NCBI GenBank assembly: GCA_951406725.2
Contig: OX597819.1
Coordinates: 69,068,001-69,132,000, forward strand
DNA: 64,000 nucleotides
DNA from: Octopus vulgaris
Taxonomy: Eukaryota
Direction of reading: 5' to 3'
In this document: positions 25,538 to 37,662 of the stretch, piece after piece
Numbering within the stretch: position 1 is the stretch's first letter
How the letters are laid out: each line of letters opens with the position of its first letter
Translations under genes and position numbers: made by a program
The notes under the pieces: generated by a model
Seen by the model: only the letters and a program-made list of their open reading frames with translations
What the model was told of the DNA's origin: nothing
Databases searched by the model: none

Positions 25538-27084
25538 TAATAATAATAATAATAATAGTGATTATAATAATAATAATAATAGTGATAATAATAATAATAA
25601 TAATAATAATGATAATAATAATAATAATAATAACACACACAAATGAAAGAGAAAATAAAAAAAGAATATTATAGACGAGTTAGATCAATACTAAAAACAG
25701 AGCTCAATGCTAAAAACAAGATAATAGGTATCAACACTTTAGCTGTCCCAGTTATAAGTTACAGCTACAATATCCTTAACTGGACACGAAATGAACTGTC
25801 CAAAATAGATAGGAAAACAAGAAAAATACTGACAGGATCTAGGATGCATCACCCAAAATCTGACATAGAAAGACTATATATACAACGTATAGAAGGTGGT
25901 AGAGGCCTTATACAGCTGGAAAACTACTATAAAATAACCACCATAGGACTGCAAAAATACCTACTTCAGAAGGAAGGAAAACTGATCCAGATAGCAGCAA
26001 AACACGAGCAAAACAAAAAACTGTTCTCAGTATTTAAGGAAGCTGACAAATACAAACAAGAAATCATACCACCTAATAAACACAAAGAAGAAGAAGAAGA
26101 TGATGAAGAAACAACAAAAGCTATAAAATAAATGAAATCCAAACTAAAAATAGAACAGCAACGAGCCATGATAAAACGATGGCAAGAAAAGCCCCTTCAT
26201 GGTAAATACTGCACTAAACTAAACGCAAAAGAAATAGACAAAGAAAAATCCCAGCAATGGACTCAAAGCAGAAACAGAGGGATTTTTAATTGCAGCACAA
26301 GACCAAAGCCTCCCCACCAGAAATTACCAAAAACATGTAATGAAAAGAAATATTACAAGTAACTGCAGAATATGTGGAGATGGACAAGAAACAATAAATC
26401 ATATTATCTCTAGCTGCCCAGTCCTGGCTAAGAAGGAATATATTCACAGACATGACAGAGTTGGAACCTACATACATTGGAAGCTATGCCAACATTATGG
26501 AATAACAACAGAAAAAAGATGGTATAGGCACACACCAGAAAAGGTCACAGAAAACGAGAAAGCAACCATACTCTGGGATATGCCGATACACACAGATAGA
26601 GAAATTAAGGCCAACAGACCAGATATAGTTGTCAGAGATCATGAAGAAAAAAATGCTTTCTAATTGATGTATCAATACCGGCAGATGACAACGTGTCTCT
26701 AAAAGAAATGGAGAAACTCTCAAAATACAAAGACCTGGAAATAGAGGTAACTAGAATGTGGAACCTGAAAACAGAAACAATTCCTATCATAGTAGGTGCA
26801 TTAGGCATGATAAAAAAATATTCAGACAAATACATAACAAAAACACCAGGACTTACAAACACATATAACATACAGAAAATTGCACTACTAGGCACTGCAC
26901 ACATCCTACGCAGAACACTTTCCATACAATAACCATCAGAGCATCACAACAAATCACAGCACATACCCAAGGCACACAGAGCTGCGCTCGGTAGTGAAGT
27001 GAAAGCACGCTATAAAAATAAAACTACTGAATAATAATAATAATAATGATGATGATGATGATAATAACAATGATGATGATGATG

Positions 27085-27170
<86 letters not shown>

Positions 27171-27345
27171 AAGAAGAAGAAGAAGAAGAAAAAGAAGATG
27201 ATCCAAAATTATCTTAGGAATGAGAACCCACGTTCAAAATTTCTCCAAGACAGCTGATGAAGGCTTGGAGGTTATATCAGCCGAAAATTTGTGTTAACAA
27301 CAAACAAGATGAGGACAAATATCCTTCAAATGTAGATAATGTAAA
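25235..27345 (+). mobile_element. tRNA-head/(TAA)n/hammerhead-tail element with an upstream inverted tail copy, interrupted by a Dong-like LINE
   Basis: Inverted tail at 25235-25385 (hammerhead-like 25301-25346, -); tRNA-like head at 25392-25470; (TAA)n; tail at 27205-27345 (hammerhead-like 27249-27295). The same order recurs at 45510-46385 (-). Confidence 0.75.
25633..27030 (+). mobile_element. 5'-truncated R4/Dong-like non-LTR retrotransposon (REL endonuclease) in (TAA)n
   Basis: GGRGL; CRICGDGQETINHIISSC (CCHC); RHDRV; RPDIVV; EKLSKYKDL; nearly identical to 54748-56148; flanked by (TAA)n. Confidence 0.9.
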
Positions 27346-27611
27346 TTCGTTTGTATCTTCTGTATCTGAAATGAGGTAAAGTGAATTCAAGTATCAATAA
27401 TGAGAAACAAAAAAACCTGCATGAGAACCATCAAATACTATGATAAATATATTTTTCTAGTTAATTCAAATAGATTTGGAAAGAAGTGAATGAAACGAAC
27501 GAATTTGTCAGAAGAAGCAATAGATTATTTGTTTATATGTACAAATCATTAAGCACCTCCCCGTTAAGTCGAAACTGCTCTAGGTGTAATGGTATTTAAT
27601 GTAATGTTATT

Positions 27612-27871
27612 TTTACTTTTTATTCTTTTATTTGTTGTTCAGACATTTGAATGCGGCCATGCTGGAGCACCGCCTCTAGTCGAGAAAAAAACCGACTCCA
27701 GGATTTATTCTTTGTAAAACTAGTACTTATTATATCGGTCTCTTTTGTCGAACCGCTAAGTTACGGAGACGTAGACACGCTGCCATCGGTTGTCAAGCGA
27801 TGGTGGGAGGACAGACATAGGCACACAAACACACACACTTACATACATATATTTATATATTTATATGTGTG

Positions 27872-27910
<39 letters not shown>

Positions 27911-28050
27911 GACGAGCTTCTTTCAAGTTCGGTCTACTAAATCCACTCACAAGGCTTTGGTCAGCCCGAGGCTATAGTAGAAGACACTTGCCCGATGTGC
28001 CACGCAGTGGGACTGAACCCAGAAATATGTGGTTGGTAAGCAAGCCACAG
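27612..28050 (-). mobile_element. SINE family C (microsatellite-containing)
   Basis: Reverse complement of the copy at 56789-57243; tail GGCGGTGCTCCAGCATGGCCGCA. Confidence 0.8.
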
Positions 28051-28059
28051 GCAGCGTGC

Positions 28060-28410
28060 TGGAAGAATCATTAACACGCAGGAAATTTGCTTAGCGGCAT
28101 TTCGTTCTGATTTCAAATTACTCCGAAGCCGCCTTTCCCTTTCATAGTTTCGGGGTGGCTAAAATAGTTACCAATATTGTTTTAATTAAGATTAAGTCGG
28201 TGAGCGAGCAGAATCATTTGCATGCCGGCCAAAATTCTTAGCTACATTTCGTACGTCCTTATATTGTGAGTTAAAATTCCGCCGAGGTGGCCCCTGATAT
28301 TCATCTTTCAGAGTTTATAAAATAAGTACAAGTTGATTACTGGAGTCGTCGATGAAATCGACTTACCTTCTTCCCAGAATGTACAGTCTTTCGGCCAAAA
28401 TCTAACTCAT
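28060..28410 (+). mobile_element. Two tandem SINE family B copies
   Basis: Repeated GAATCATT..GCTTAGC..CATTTCGT..AAATTCCGCCGAGG motif blocks. Confidence 0.65.
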
Positions 28411-29021
28411 GTAAGTCTCTTTCCATTCTGTGTGTTGCGTCATTTGTAAATGTGGTCTGTTCTATTTCTCGGCGCCTAAATTATTATTCTCAGTTTCACT
28501 TAATATTACTTAAAATTTAAATGTGACACGTATGATATCGTAAAATATTAACACATTTCCATATAGCGGCTTGATAATAATACGTGTGGTACTTCGTTCC
28601 TGAACACTATATTCGTATAATTTATAAGAAACGTTTGTAGATATCATACTGTGTATGTTCATATTGTGTAATTGTCAGGGGATTGTATATATACATAGTT
28701 TCTGTTGTACCTGTACGTACAAGGCGATAACATACATATTCTATAACCTATGTATTTAACATATTCACATATATAATATATCTCATATACTAACAATATA
28801 TATACATATATATATAATCTGCTACAACCTCTCTGTGTGTTTTTGTGTACACAAAGCGCCTATATGAGATGACTTCTCGAGGCGAATAACAGAGTTTTTG
28901 GTTTTGTAACAAGGCATCCATATTGAGTTGGATATAAAAATTACAGTTTGGTGTTAATACTGCTTCTGTCAATAATAATCAAATTGTATTATATACTATA
29001 TAACCTATATGTGTGTGTGTG

Positions 29022-29253
29022 TGGAGTTGCGTGTCTTAGTGGTTAGGGTGTCAGCATCATGATCGTAAGATTGTCGTTTCGATTCCTGGAGCGGGTGACG
29101 CGTTGTGTTCTTTAGCAAAACACTTCATTTCACGTTGCTCCAATCCACTCAGCTGGCAAAAATGAATAACGCTACGATGGACTGGCCTCCCCTTCAAATG
29201 GGAAACACATACGCCATTGAAACCATGAGCCTGCCTAGGCTTTAAAAGGGTGC

Positions 29254-29255
<2 letters not shown>
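29022..29255 (+). mobile_element. tRNA-derived SINE (family A-related head)
   Basis: TAGTGGTTAGGGTG..CATGATCGTAAGATTG..TTCGATTCCTGGA; a similar head lies at 50078-50185. Confidence 0.75.
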
Positions 29256-29293
<38 letters not shown>

Positions 29294-29294
<1 letters not shown>

Positions 29295-29506
29295 ATCGCC
29301 ATGTTGATTCGCTAGCTTCTGCATGCATTTTTTTTTCTCTCCGTGTTTCTCTCCGTGTTTCTTTTCTGTGTATCTTTCTGTTGAAGAGCGTAGGCTCGAC
29401 ACGTAAAAGACTTGTTTTATTTATATTCCTGAGCGCCAAACTAATACAATTTTTTGTGTGTTTTCCACCTGCCTTCGTCTTTTGTTTATTTTCATAAATA
29501 TTCCCG

Positions 29507-29508
<2 letters not shown>
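29294..29508 (+). mobile_element. Short PLE-type repeat with a degenerate hammerhead (29373-29410)
   Basis: TCTTT-CTGTTGA-AGAGC-GTAG-GCTC-GACA-CG-TA-AAAGA; relatives at 20708-20810 and 63600-63752; sits between (TA)n tracts. Confidence 0.6.
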
Positions 29509-29552
<44 letters not shown>

Positions 29553-30058
29553 GCATATACAAGTTGCTCCTTAAGTATTGAAGGCGATATTCAAAAGTTA
29601 CACAAACATGATACTTATCAATGATGATACAAACAAAGATTCTCAGCTTGGTATTGTTTCCAAACAGAGGCGCAGTAGACGAGATATGGGGCTATATTGA
29701 TTGAATATACACTACTTGGCAAAGTCGATCTGGGAACTAAGAACATGTAGAAATCATTCTTTCGAAACTCTACAGATATAAACAATCAAAAAACAAAACA
29801 AAACATTTTGTGTTCTAATAGTTTATAACCTGAGAGTAAAACTATCGTTAGGATTGACTTCATATTCGGTCTTGTATAAAGATCATCTTAGTATTAGTCA
29901 TATATTGGGGGTTTATGTAATGGGCTTCTTTTCTCCTAACCTGCTGAATAAGTTAAGAAATCAGTTTTACTTAGATTTAAAACTAATCTAAAATGGCAAA
30001 TAGGAACGTTTGTCATTCTTTCTAACTCTCCCATGTTTGTGTCGTAATGTTTTAAATC

Positions 30059-30165
<107 letters not shown>

Positions 30166-30387
30166 TGTGTGTGCGTGTGGGTGTAATAATAATCCTTTCT
30201 ACTAAAGACATAAGGCATGAAATGGGGTGGGTATTAGTCGATTGCATCGACTCCTGTGAATGACTGGTACTTAGTTTTTCGACCTTGAAAGGAAGAAAAG
30301 AAAAGCCGATGCCGGAGTCATTTGAACTCAGAACGCAATAGGGCTAAGCATTTCGCCCAGATCACCACCTTGTAGCACATTCATCTG

Positions 30388-30449
<62 letters not shown>

Positions 30450-30825
30450 TATAAACACAGACACGCATATATATGTATGTATGTATTTAATTTACACATC
30501 GCTTTGCTTCAATGTGTATTTTAGTGGTAATATCTAACAATTTAATGATAAACAAACAGTGGACAGACAATATATATCGCCGTGTCCTCATCCATCATTT
30601 TCTGAATATTATCCCAGCGTACGTTAATGAACAGATCGCTCTCCGATGGAAAGTATCGAAACACACATGCGAATGCTTGGCATGAGACGTTCCATTTTAC
30701 AGAGAAACTGTTATGATTTTTGTACATATTTCTGCCCATCTAACCCCCTTTACACATCTACTCACGTTTAGTTCTCTCCTTCACATACATATATACATAC
30801 ACACACACACACATCTATATCTATA

Positions 30826-30860
<35 letters not shown>

Positions 30861-30933
30861 TTTATAATTAGGGTTCAGCAAAGATTTGCTTTACTACATA
30901 CTGAAGTTTAGAAATAGCAGTCAAAAAACCTTA

Positions 30934-30981
<48 letters not shown>

Positions 30982-31148
30982 CATAAGGGACTAAAGCCAT
31001 CTGAATATGGCTAGGGACAGGCAGGGTGGTGGGGGTGTTACTGTTGCATTTAGCCCCAGGCGAACATCGACGTCACCAGAAAGGCTCGACACCGTCACGG
31101 TGCCCTTAACCTGCAAAGGGAGGTAATTCCCCGATGAAGCGGAAACCA

Positions 31149-31194
31149 CACACGGACCATGGTTTCAAGGTGTATTGCCTATCGTCGGCGTGTG
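31149..31194 (-). ncRNA. Type I hammerhead-like motif, variant core
   Basis: Reverse complement of the motif at 32100-32145. Confidence 0.72.
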
Positions 31195-31496
31195 GTAGGC
31201 TTCCGCTTCCTCGACGAATTCTCACTCTGCAGGATATTCATATATAGATTTTCAAGCAAAATACATTTGCTGATTTCGAAAATCTGTTCGAAAGCAATAA
31301 TAATTCTCTAAAAGAGATATAGACAGTAACTGCTCGATAACATAAGGGATAAGCCATATAGGGACAGGGCAGGGTGGTGGGGGTGTTACTGTTGCATTTA
31401 GCCCCAGGCGAACATCGACGTCACCAGAAAGGCTCGACACCGTCACGGTGCCCTTAACCTGCAAAGGGAGGTAATTCCCCGATGAAGCGGAAACCA

Positions 31497-31542
31497 CACA
31501 CGGACCATGGTTTCAAGGTGTATTGCCTATCGTCGGCGTGTG
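31497..31542 (-). ncRNA. Type I hammerhead-like motif, variant core
   Basis: Reverse complement of the motif at 32100-32145. Confidence 0.72.
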
Positions 31543-31739
31543 GTAGGCTTCCGCTTCCTCGACGAATTCTCACTCTGCAGGATATTCATATATAGATTTT
31601 CAAGCAAAATACATTTGCTGATTTCGAAAATCTGTTCGAAAGCAATAATAATTCTCTAAAAGAGATATAGACAGTAACTGCTCGATAACATAAGGGACTA
31701 AAGCCATCTGAATATGGCTAGGGACAGGCCTAGGCCTAC

Positions 31740-31785
31740 CACACGCCGACGATAGGCAATACACCTTGAAACCATGGTCCGTGTA
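31740..31785 (+). ncRNA. Type I hammerhead-like motif, variant core
   Basis: As 32100-32145, with one stem I substitution (31785 G>A). Confidence 0.7.
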
Positions 31786-32099
31786 TGGTTTCCGCTTCAT
31801 CGGGGAATTACCTCCCTTTGCAGGTTAAGGGCACCGTGACGGTGTCGAGCCTTTCTGGTGACGTCGATGTTCGCCTGGGGCTAAATGCAACAGTAACACC
31901 CCCACCACCCTGCCCTGTCCCTAGCCATATTCAGATGGCTTTAGTCCCTTATGTTATCGAGCAGTTACTGTCTATATCTCTTTTAGAGAATTATTATTGC
32001 TTTCGAACAGATTTTCGAAATCAGCAAATGTATTTTGCTTGAAAATCTATATATGAATATCCTGCAGAGTGAGAATTCGTCGAGGAAGCGGAAGCCTAC

Positions 32100-32145
32100 C
32101 ACACGCCGACGATAGGCAATACACCTTGAAACCATGGTCCGTGTG
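32100..32145 (+). ncRNA. Type I hammerhead-like motif, variant core
   Basis: CACACG-CCGACGA-TAGG-CAATACA-CCTT-GAAA-CCATGG-TC-CGTGTG; predicted cut after GUC (32139). Confidence 0.75.
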
Positions 32146-32459
32146 TGGTTTCCGCTTCATCGGGGAATTACCTCCCTTTGCAGGTTAAGGGCACCGTGAC
32201 GGTGTCGAGCCTTTCTGGTGACGTCGATGTTCGCCTGGGGCTAAATGCAACAGTAACACCCCCACCACCCTGCCCTGTCCCTAGCCATATTCAGATGGCT
32301 TTAGTCCCTTATGTTATCGAGCAGTTACTGTCTATATCTCTTTTAGAGAATTATTATTGCTTTCGAACAGATTTTCGAAATCAGCAAATGTATTTTGCTT
32401 GAAAATCTATATATGAATATCCTGCAGAGTGAAAATTCGTCGAGGAAGCGGAAGCCTAC

Positions 32460-32505
32460 CACACGCCGACGATAGGCAATACACCTTGAAACCATGGTCC
32501 GTGTG
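32460..32505 (+). ncRNA. Type I hammerhead-like motif, variant core
   Basis: Identical to 32100-32145. Confidence 0.75.
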
Positions 32506-32719
32506 TGGTTTCCGCTTCATCGGGGAATTACCTCCCTTTGCAGGTTAAGGGCACCGTGACGGTGTCGAGCCTTTCTGGTGACGTCGATGTTCGCCTGGGG
32601 CTAAATGCAACAGTAACACCCCCACCACCCTGCCCTGTCCCTAGCCATATTCAGATGGCTTTAGTCCCTTATGTTATCGAGCAGTTACTGTCTATATCTC
32701 TTTTAGAGAATTATTATTG

Positions 32720-32829
<110 letters not shown>

Positions 32830-33032
32830 TGAAGCAAAGCCTTTAGTCGAACAAATCGTCTACAGGATTTATTCTTTGTAAACCTATTATTTACTCTATC
32901 AATTATTTTTGCCGAACCGCTTGCTTCCGAAAACGTAAACCACACCACCATCGGTGGTCAAGGGATGGTGGAGGTACAAACATAGACACGCAAATACATA
33001 ATACATACATACGTACATACATATACACACAC

Positions 33033-33139
<107 letters not shown>

Positions 33140-33149
33140 GAGAGAGAGA

Positions 33150-34255
33150 GACGATGAATAATACCATTTGTCAAAAATAAAGTTAAATTTCTTTTATGGA
33201 ATATCATAGTTCCATTTCCTTCAAGGTAAGCAAAACACTCGCTTTGTACAATTTGACATTTTGAATTATTATACTTCTGTCTCCCTTATCTTATTGAATA
33301 AGCTATTAATATTTGCTCGTAATTTCGTTAATATCCTTCGATCCGATATTAACGTTATTCTGGCAGCGAAAAAGGCATTAATTAAATTTCATGAGCGATA
33401 CTCAATTAGAAGTTAATCTATGAACTACTTCAGTATTACTATGTGTTTGCCAGATTCAGCCCAGATGGCAGACCTTGTGGGGCTATATGTTCTTTCGTAA
33501 ATTAAGAATGGTTTTCCAAACGTATCTGCTTAGCTCTATAGCGATGACTCTCTCTTGGCAGTAAATGACTTATCTAAACCGAAAGTTGAACGTACAAAGA
33601 AGTTATGAAAAAAATTCATTTTGATTTTTTCTAAATCTCAATATTATATTTGATACTAACACAAAAATTCTGAATTTTTTGGGATGTTACACTAAATTTA
33701 AACACCGAGCTATATTACCCTTACCGGAAACCAAATCAAGCATTACGATATACAAAAGTTTCTTCTAATCAACCAAAATTGTCCCTTGATAGTATTATTA
33801 CGTCTATCTCTTTTAGGATCTCCAACCTATCAGCAAACGTGATCTTTAATGCACATGCCCTGTTTTATAATCAAGCCCTAAAATCAAGCGGCTTTTATGA
33901 TCATATTTTCTACATCCCTGATACCAAACTCAAAATCAAATTAGCTAATCTTTCATCTGACAGGAATCTTGAAATTACTAATACGATTTCTTCCTTAAAT
34001 TATAATAATATAAGAAAACCTTTGAACCATACCAGACTTCATAACCATCATTTTAGTAACGGTAATAAATGTAGTCCTTCTGTAACTGAAAACCCTAATG
34101 TTGTAACCCACTCTAAATATAGAAAAATGAAAGTACTTACTTCGACACCGCAAACTCTTATTTCCTCTTAGTGTCAACATTTACCAACATTGTTCTTTAA
34201 GATCCTGAAATTGAATTTTCCTCAGCACCATAAATATTACACCATATTTAAGAAA
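33150..34255 (+). pseudogene. Degraded Penelope RT fragment (second PLE family)
   Basis: LIFARNF..VILAAKKALIKF..FSITMCLPDSAQMADLVGLYVLS and RISNLS..IFNAHALFYNQALKSSGF align by eye with 12721-13533. Confidence 0.85.
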
Positions 34256-34256
34256 C

Positions 34257-34296
34257 ACTCGAACCTGGGTTCTCATTCCTAAGGGATTTTTCGATG

Positions 34297-34378
<82 letters not shown>

Positions 34379-34447
34379 CATCATCATCATCATTATTATT
34401 ACTATTAATATTATTATTATTATTACTATTATTATTCAGATCACTGA
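34257..34447 (-). mobile_element. Partial third copy of the tRNA-head/(TAA)n/tail element
   Basis: Minus strand reads CAGTGATCTGA-(TAA)n-CATCGAAAAATCCCTTAGGAATGAGAACCCAGGTTCGA; no LINE inside the (TAA)n. Confidence 0.7.
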
Positions 34448-35113
34448 ATTATACTGTTTGTATGCGAGTGTCTCATGTGTATGTGTGTGTGCGAGTGTTT
34501 GTGAGTGTGTGTCTTTGGGTGTGTATATGTGTGTAAGCATATGTGTGTTTAAGCGTGTCTTTCTGTTCGCCTCCTCGTAACTTTACAATCAATGTTGCTT
34601 TGTTTACGTCCCTGACAAAGCAGTTTGGAAACGGAGACTGATATAACTACCGGAATTTAAACTCAGTGACGGTATCGAATTTATTCAGCTAAACCATTTA
34701 ACACTGTGCCGTAGATCAATGACTGAAAGAGACAAAAGATACAAAAGAAATATCTACATTAATCTATTCATTTACAAATGATCAAACCGTTTACTTCAAT
34801 ACATTTTACCCACGTTATACAACAATTAAATTGTTTGGCTTAGTTTCGCCGGCAACCTCAACGTACATTTAAGTCGTTCTATGACACGTAAAGTTATGAA
34901 GGCAATTTAAACTACTGGCTACGATTATGAGCTTCCATGATCTCTTATTAACTTATAATGTTGTTATTAACTAATTATCTATCATTCTCTTTCATTAATT
35001 TAGAAATTTAAAATATTTCTGCAGTATGCACGGTAGTAAATTTGTAATTAAATGAATAAAGGTATGAAATTCTAAATTTGTACAACAATTCGAATTTGTC
35101 TTAGAAGTAATGT

Positions 35114-35151
<38 letters not shown>

Positions 35152-35767
35152 GTTTAGGTTACTTGAAATATATAATGTGTGTGTGTGAGTGTACATAAAC
35201 GTGGCTCTGTATGCGTGTATGTGAGTGTGTGTATGTGTGTATGTGTGTGCGCACGCGTATATGTATGCATGTATCGTTTAATGAACGCAATAAAATAAGA
35301 GCTGCTAATTGCTTCGTGCTGTGGATAAAAGGTAATTCGCTAGGCCTATGTATGTAGCCATCTTTCTCTGAGAAATTTTCTCAGGCTTAGGGCATATTGG
35401 TTGGTCCTGTTTGGTATTGGCCCAGTGTCTGGTATTTTAGAGTGGACGCGTAAAAAATACGTGATAAATTTTGATACAAAAAGTGGTACGGGGAGACCAA
35501 GAGTAAAGGAAAACTGACAAAGAGCGAAAACGAAAACTAAGAGCTGTGTCAAGTGTGTCTGCAGTATTATAGGTTGTGTTGAAATATTCAACATTAAAGA
35601 GGTCAAAATCTATGTCATCCCGTTGGGCAAAAGAAATTTGCCCATCTGCTTGCATTTACGAATTTGATAATGTTAAATACTCGTACTATAACAATGTCCA
35701 TAACGCCTGATATCATTTAAAGTTTGATATTTTCAGAATGCAAAGTATGTTGATAGTAATAATAATA

Positions 35768-36325
35768 AATGCCCTGATACAGTTCCAGGCAGTGGCTCTC
35801 ATGACTTTTGATCTTAACTGGTTGGAAGTGTTATCATGTACATTGTTTTGTCTTGGTATAAAAGATGGGCTACAGCAAATATTCTGCTCAATATCACAGA
35901 TTTGCTTGTCAGTTGTTTGACCTTAACCAGTTGAGCATGTCCCTTAGTGGTTGATGATATGTGCATCTCTGATCACAAGCAGAAGTAGTGGGGGAGCATC
36001 ATAGCCATGTGTCGAGAGGGGTTCTTTGGAGTTTGAATAATCCACCTCTGGAAACATGGGTGTTTCGTTCAACATGCTTAAACAACCCTTATTCAGGGAC
36101 CTTTTGAGCGGGATGGGTTACTCTACCAGAAGGAAATTCTAACTGGGCCCCATCTGCTAGGTCATGTGCTGTTTGTCTTGATATGAGATCACCATGTCGC
36201 ACACATATGGTTGTGATGCATGTGACTGATGTACCCTTATCAGACGGGTAGTCATGATGGGTATACTGGGCTTCGTATATTTTACCCCAGTGTCACTTTG
36301 ATGGCATCCACTGCTCCCTCACCCA
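35768..36325. mobile_element. Probable interspersed repeat embedded in (TAA)n
   Basis: Block of about 560 bp with higher GC, bounded by TAA repeats on both sides; no ORF; family not identified. Confidence 0.4.
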
Positions 36326-36386
36326 ATAATAATAATGATGATGATGACAATGATGATGATGATGATAATAGTAATGATGATGATGG

Positions 36387-36435
<49 letters not shown>

Positions 36436-36442
36436 AATAATG

Positions 36443-36499
<57 letters not shown>

Positions 36500-37274
36500 G
36501 CACTTGATATATTTTCCTATCGGTTCCAACCGTAATTGGCTATTTTCACTCAGACGAAATATTTTCAGCAGATTTCATTAAATTGGTTATTATTTTACGT
36601 AATTTTACATTATTTTTACGCAAAATTTTGCATGATTTTAAAAGCTAAAATAGAGAATAATGTATCGAGAAAATATTCAGTTTTCACCATAATTATAACT
36701 GAATGTTGAATTTCGAATGTACACGCATTGGTTTTTAGGTCACAAGTTTTGATTTCTAATTAGAATTGATATTTTTACAGTTAAAATTCCCGATGTTACT
36801 GCATTGGTACTTCTCTGATAGTATGAAGATTCTTTCAAGTGACATAAATATTCAATTTTGACGATTGCGTCTAAATTACATTTTTTTCCATTCTGTTCGT
36901 CGGGGTCCCTTTCTTCAGAGGTTTGTTTTCCTCTTTTTACATATAAATTGGAAAACACTGAAATTCCCGAATGGTTGTTGATACAATTCCCAATATTTTA
37001 ACACTTAATTTATTTTTTCTTAAGCTTATGTACTGAGCAATCGGTGTCGATTCTCTCTCTTCCATGGGGTGTCAGGAAAATTTCTCGGGAAATTTGAATG
37101 TTAAAGCATATGCAAATATTCAAGCACTGATATTTTACTTTCAAAATATGCCATTCCTTGAAATGGAATTCTGAATATAAATATAAACTCTTGGAGTCTA
37201 CAAATATAAATATTTGTATACTCAACAAGTTCTTTATTTACATTTTATTACATTTACGTATATATTCTTTTTTT

Positions 37275-37662
37275 CTACTCTAGGCACAAGGCCCGAAAAT
37301 TTGGGGGCGGGAGCTAGTCAATTAGATCAACCCAAGTACACAACTGGCAATTTAATTTATCAACCCCAAAATGGTGAAAGGTAAAGTCGACCTCAGCAAA
37401 ATTGGAACTCGAAGAATAAAGACAGATGAAATACTGATAAGCATTTCGCCCGGCGTGCTAACGTTTCTTATTTCTTTAGTGCCCACAAACGGATTAAGTC
37501 GATTAGATCGACCCCAGTGCGTAAGTGGTACTTATTTAATCGACCCCGAAAGCATGAAAGGTAAAGTCGACCTCGGCGGAATTTGAACTCAAGACGTAAC
37601 GGCAGACGAAATACAGCTAAGCATTTCGCCCGGCGTGCTAATGATTCTGCGAGCGCACGGCC
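37275..37662 (-). mobile_element. Two tandem SINE family B copies
   Basis: GAAAGGTAAAGTCGACCTC..GAACTC..GAAATAC..TAAGCATTTCGCCCGGCGTGCTAA occurs twice. Confidence 0.85.

Noticed and set aside
31130-31170. Antisense hammerhead-like string CCGATGA-AGCG-GAAA-CCA..TGG-TTTC in the array
   Set aside because: No stem II can form and there is no closing stem I; it is a by-product of the long stem's symmetry.
32178-32315. HDV-like or pistol-like fold in the GC-rich half of the unit
   Set aside because: TTGCA/TGCAA and TAAGGG/CCCTTA pairings exist, but the required P1/L3 or spacing constraints are not met.
32145-32402. 85-aa ORF repeated in each 360-bp unit
   Set aside because: It starts at GTG in most copies (ATG only through the 31785 variant) and has no recognisable domain; recurrence simply reflects the repeat.
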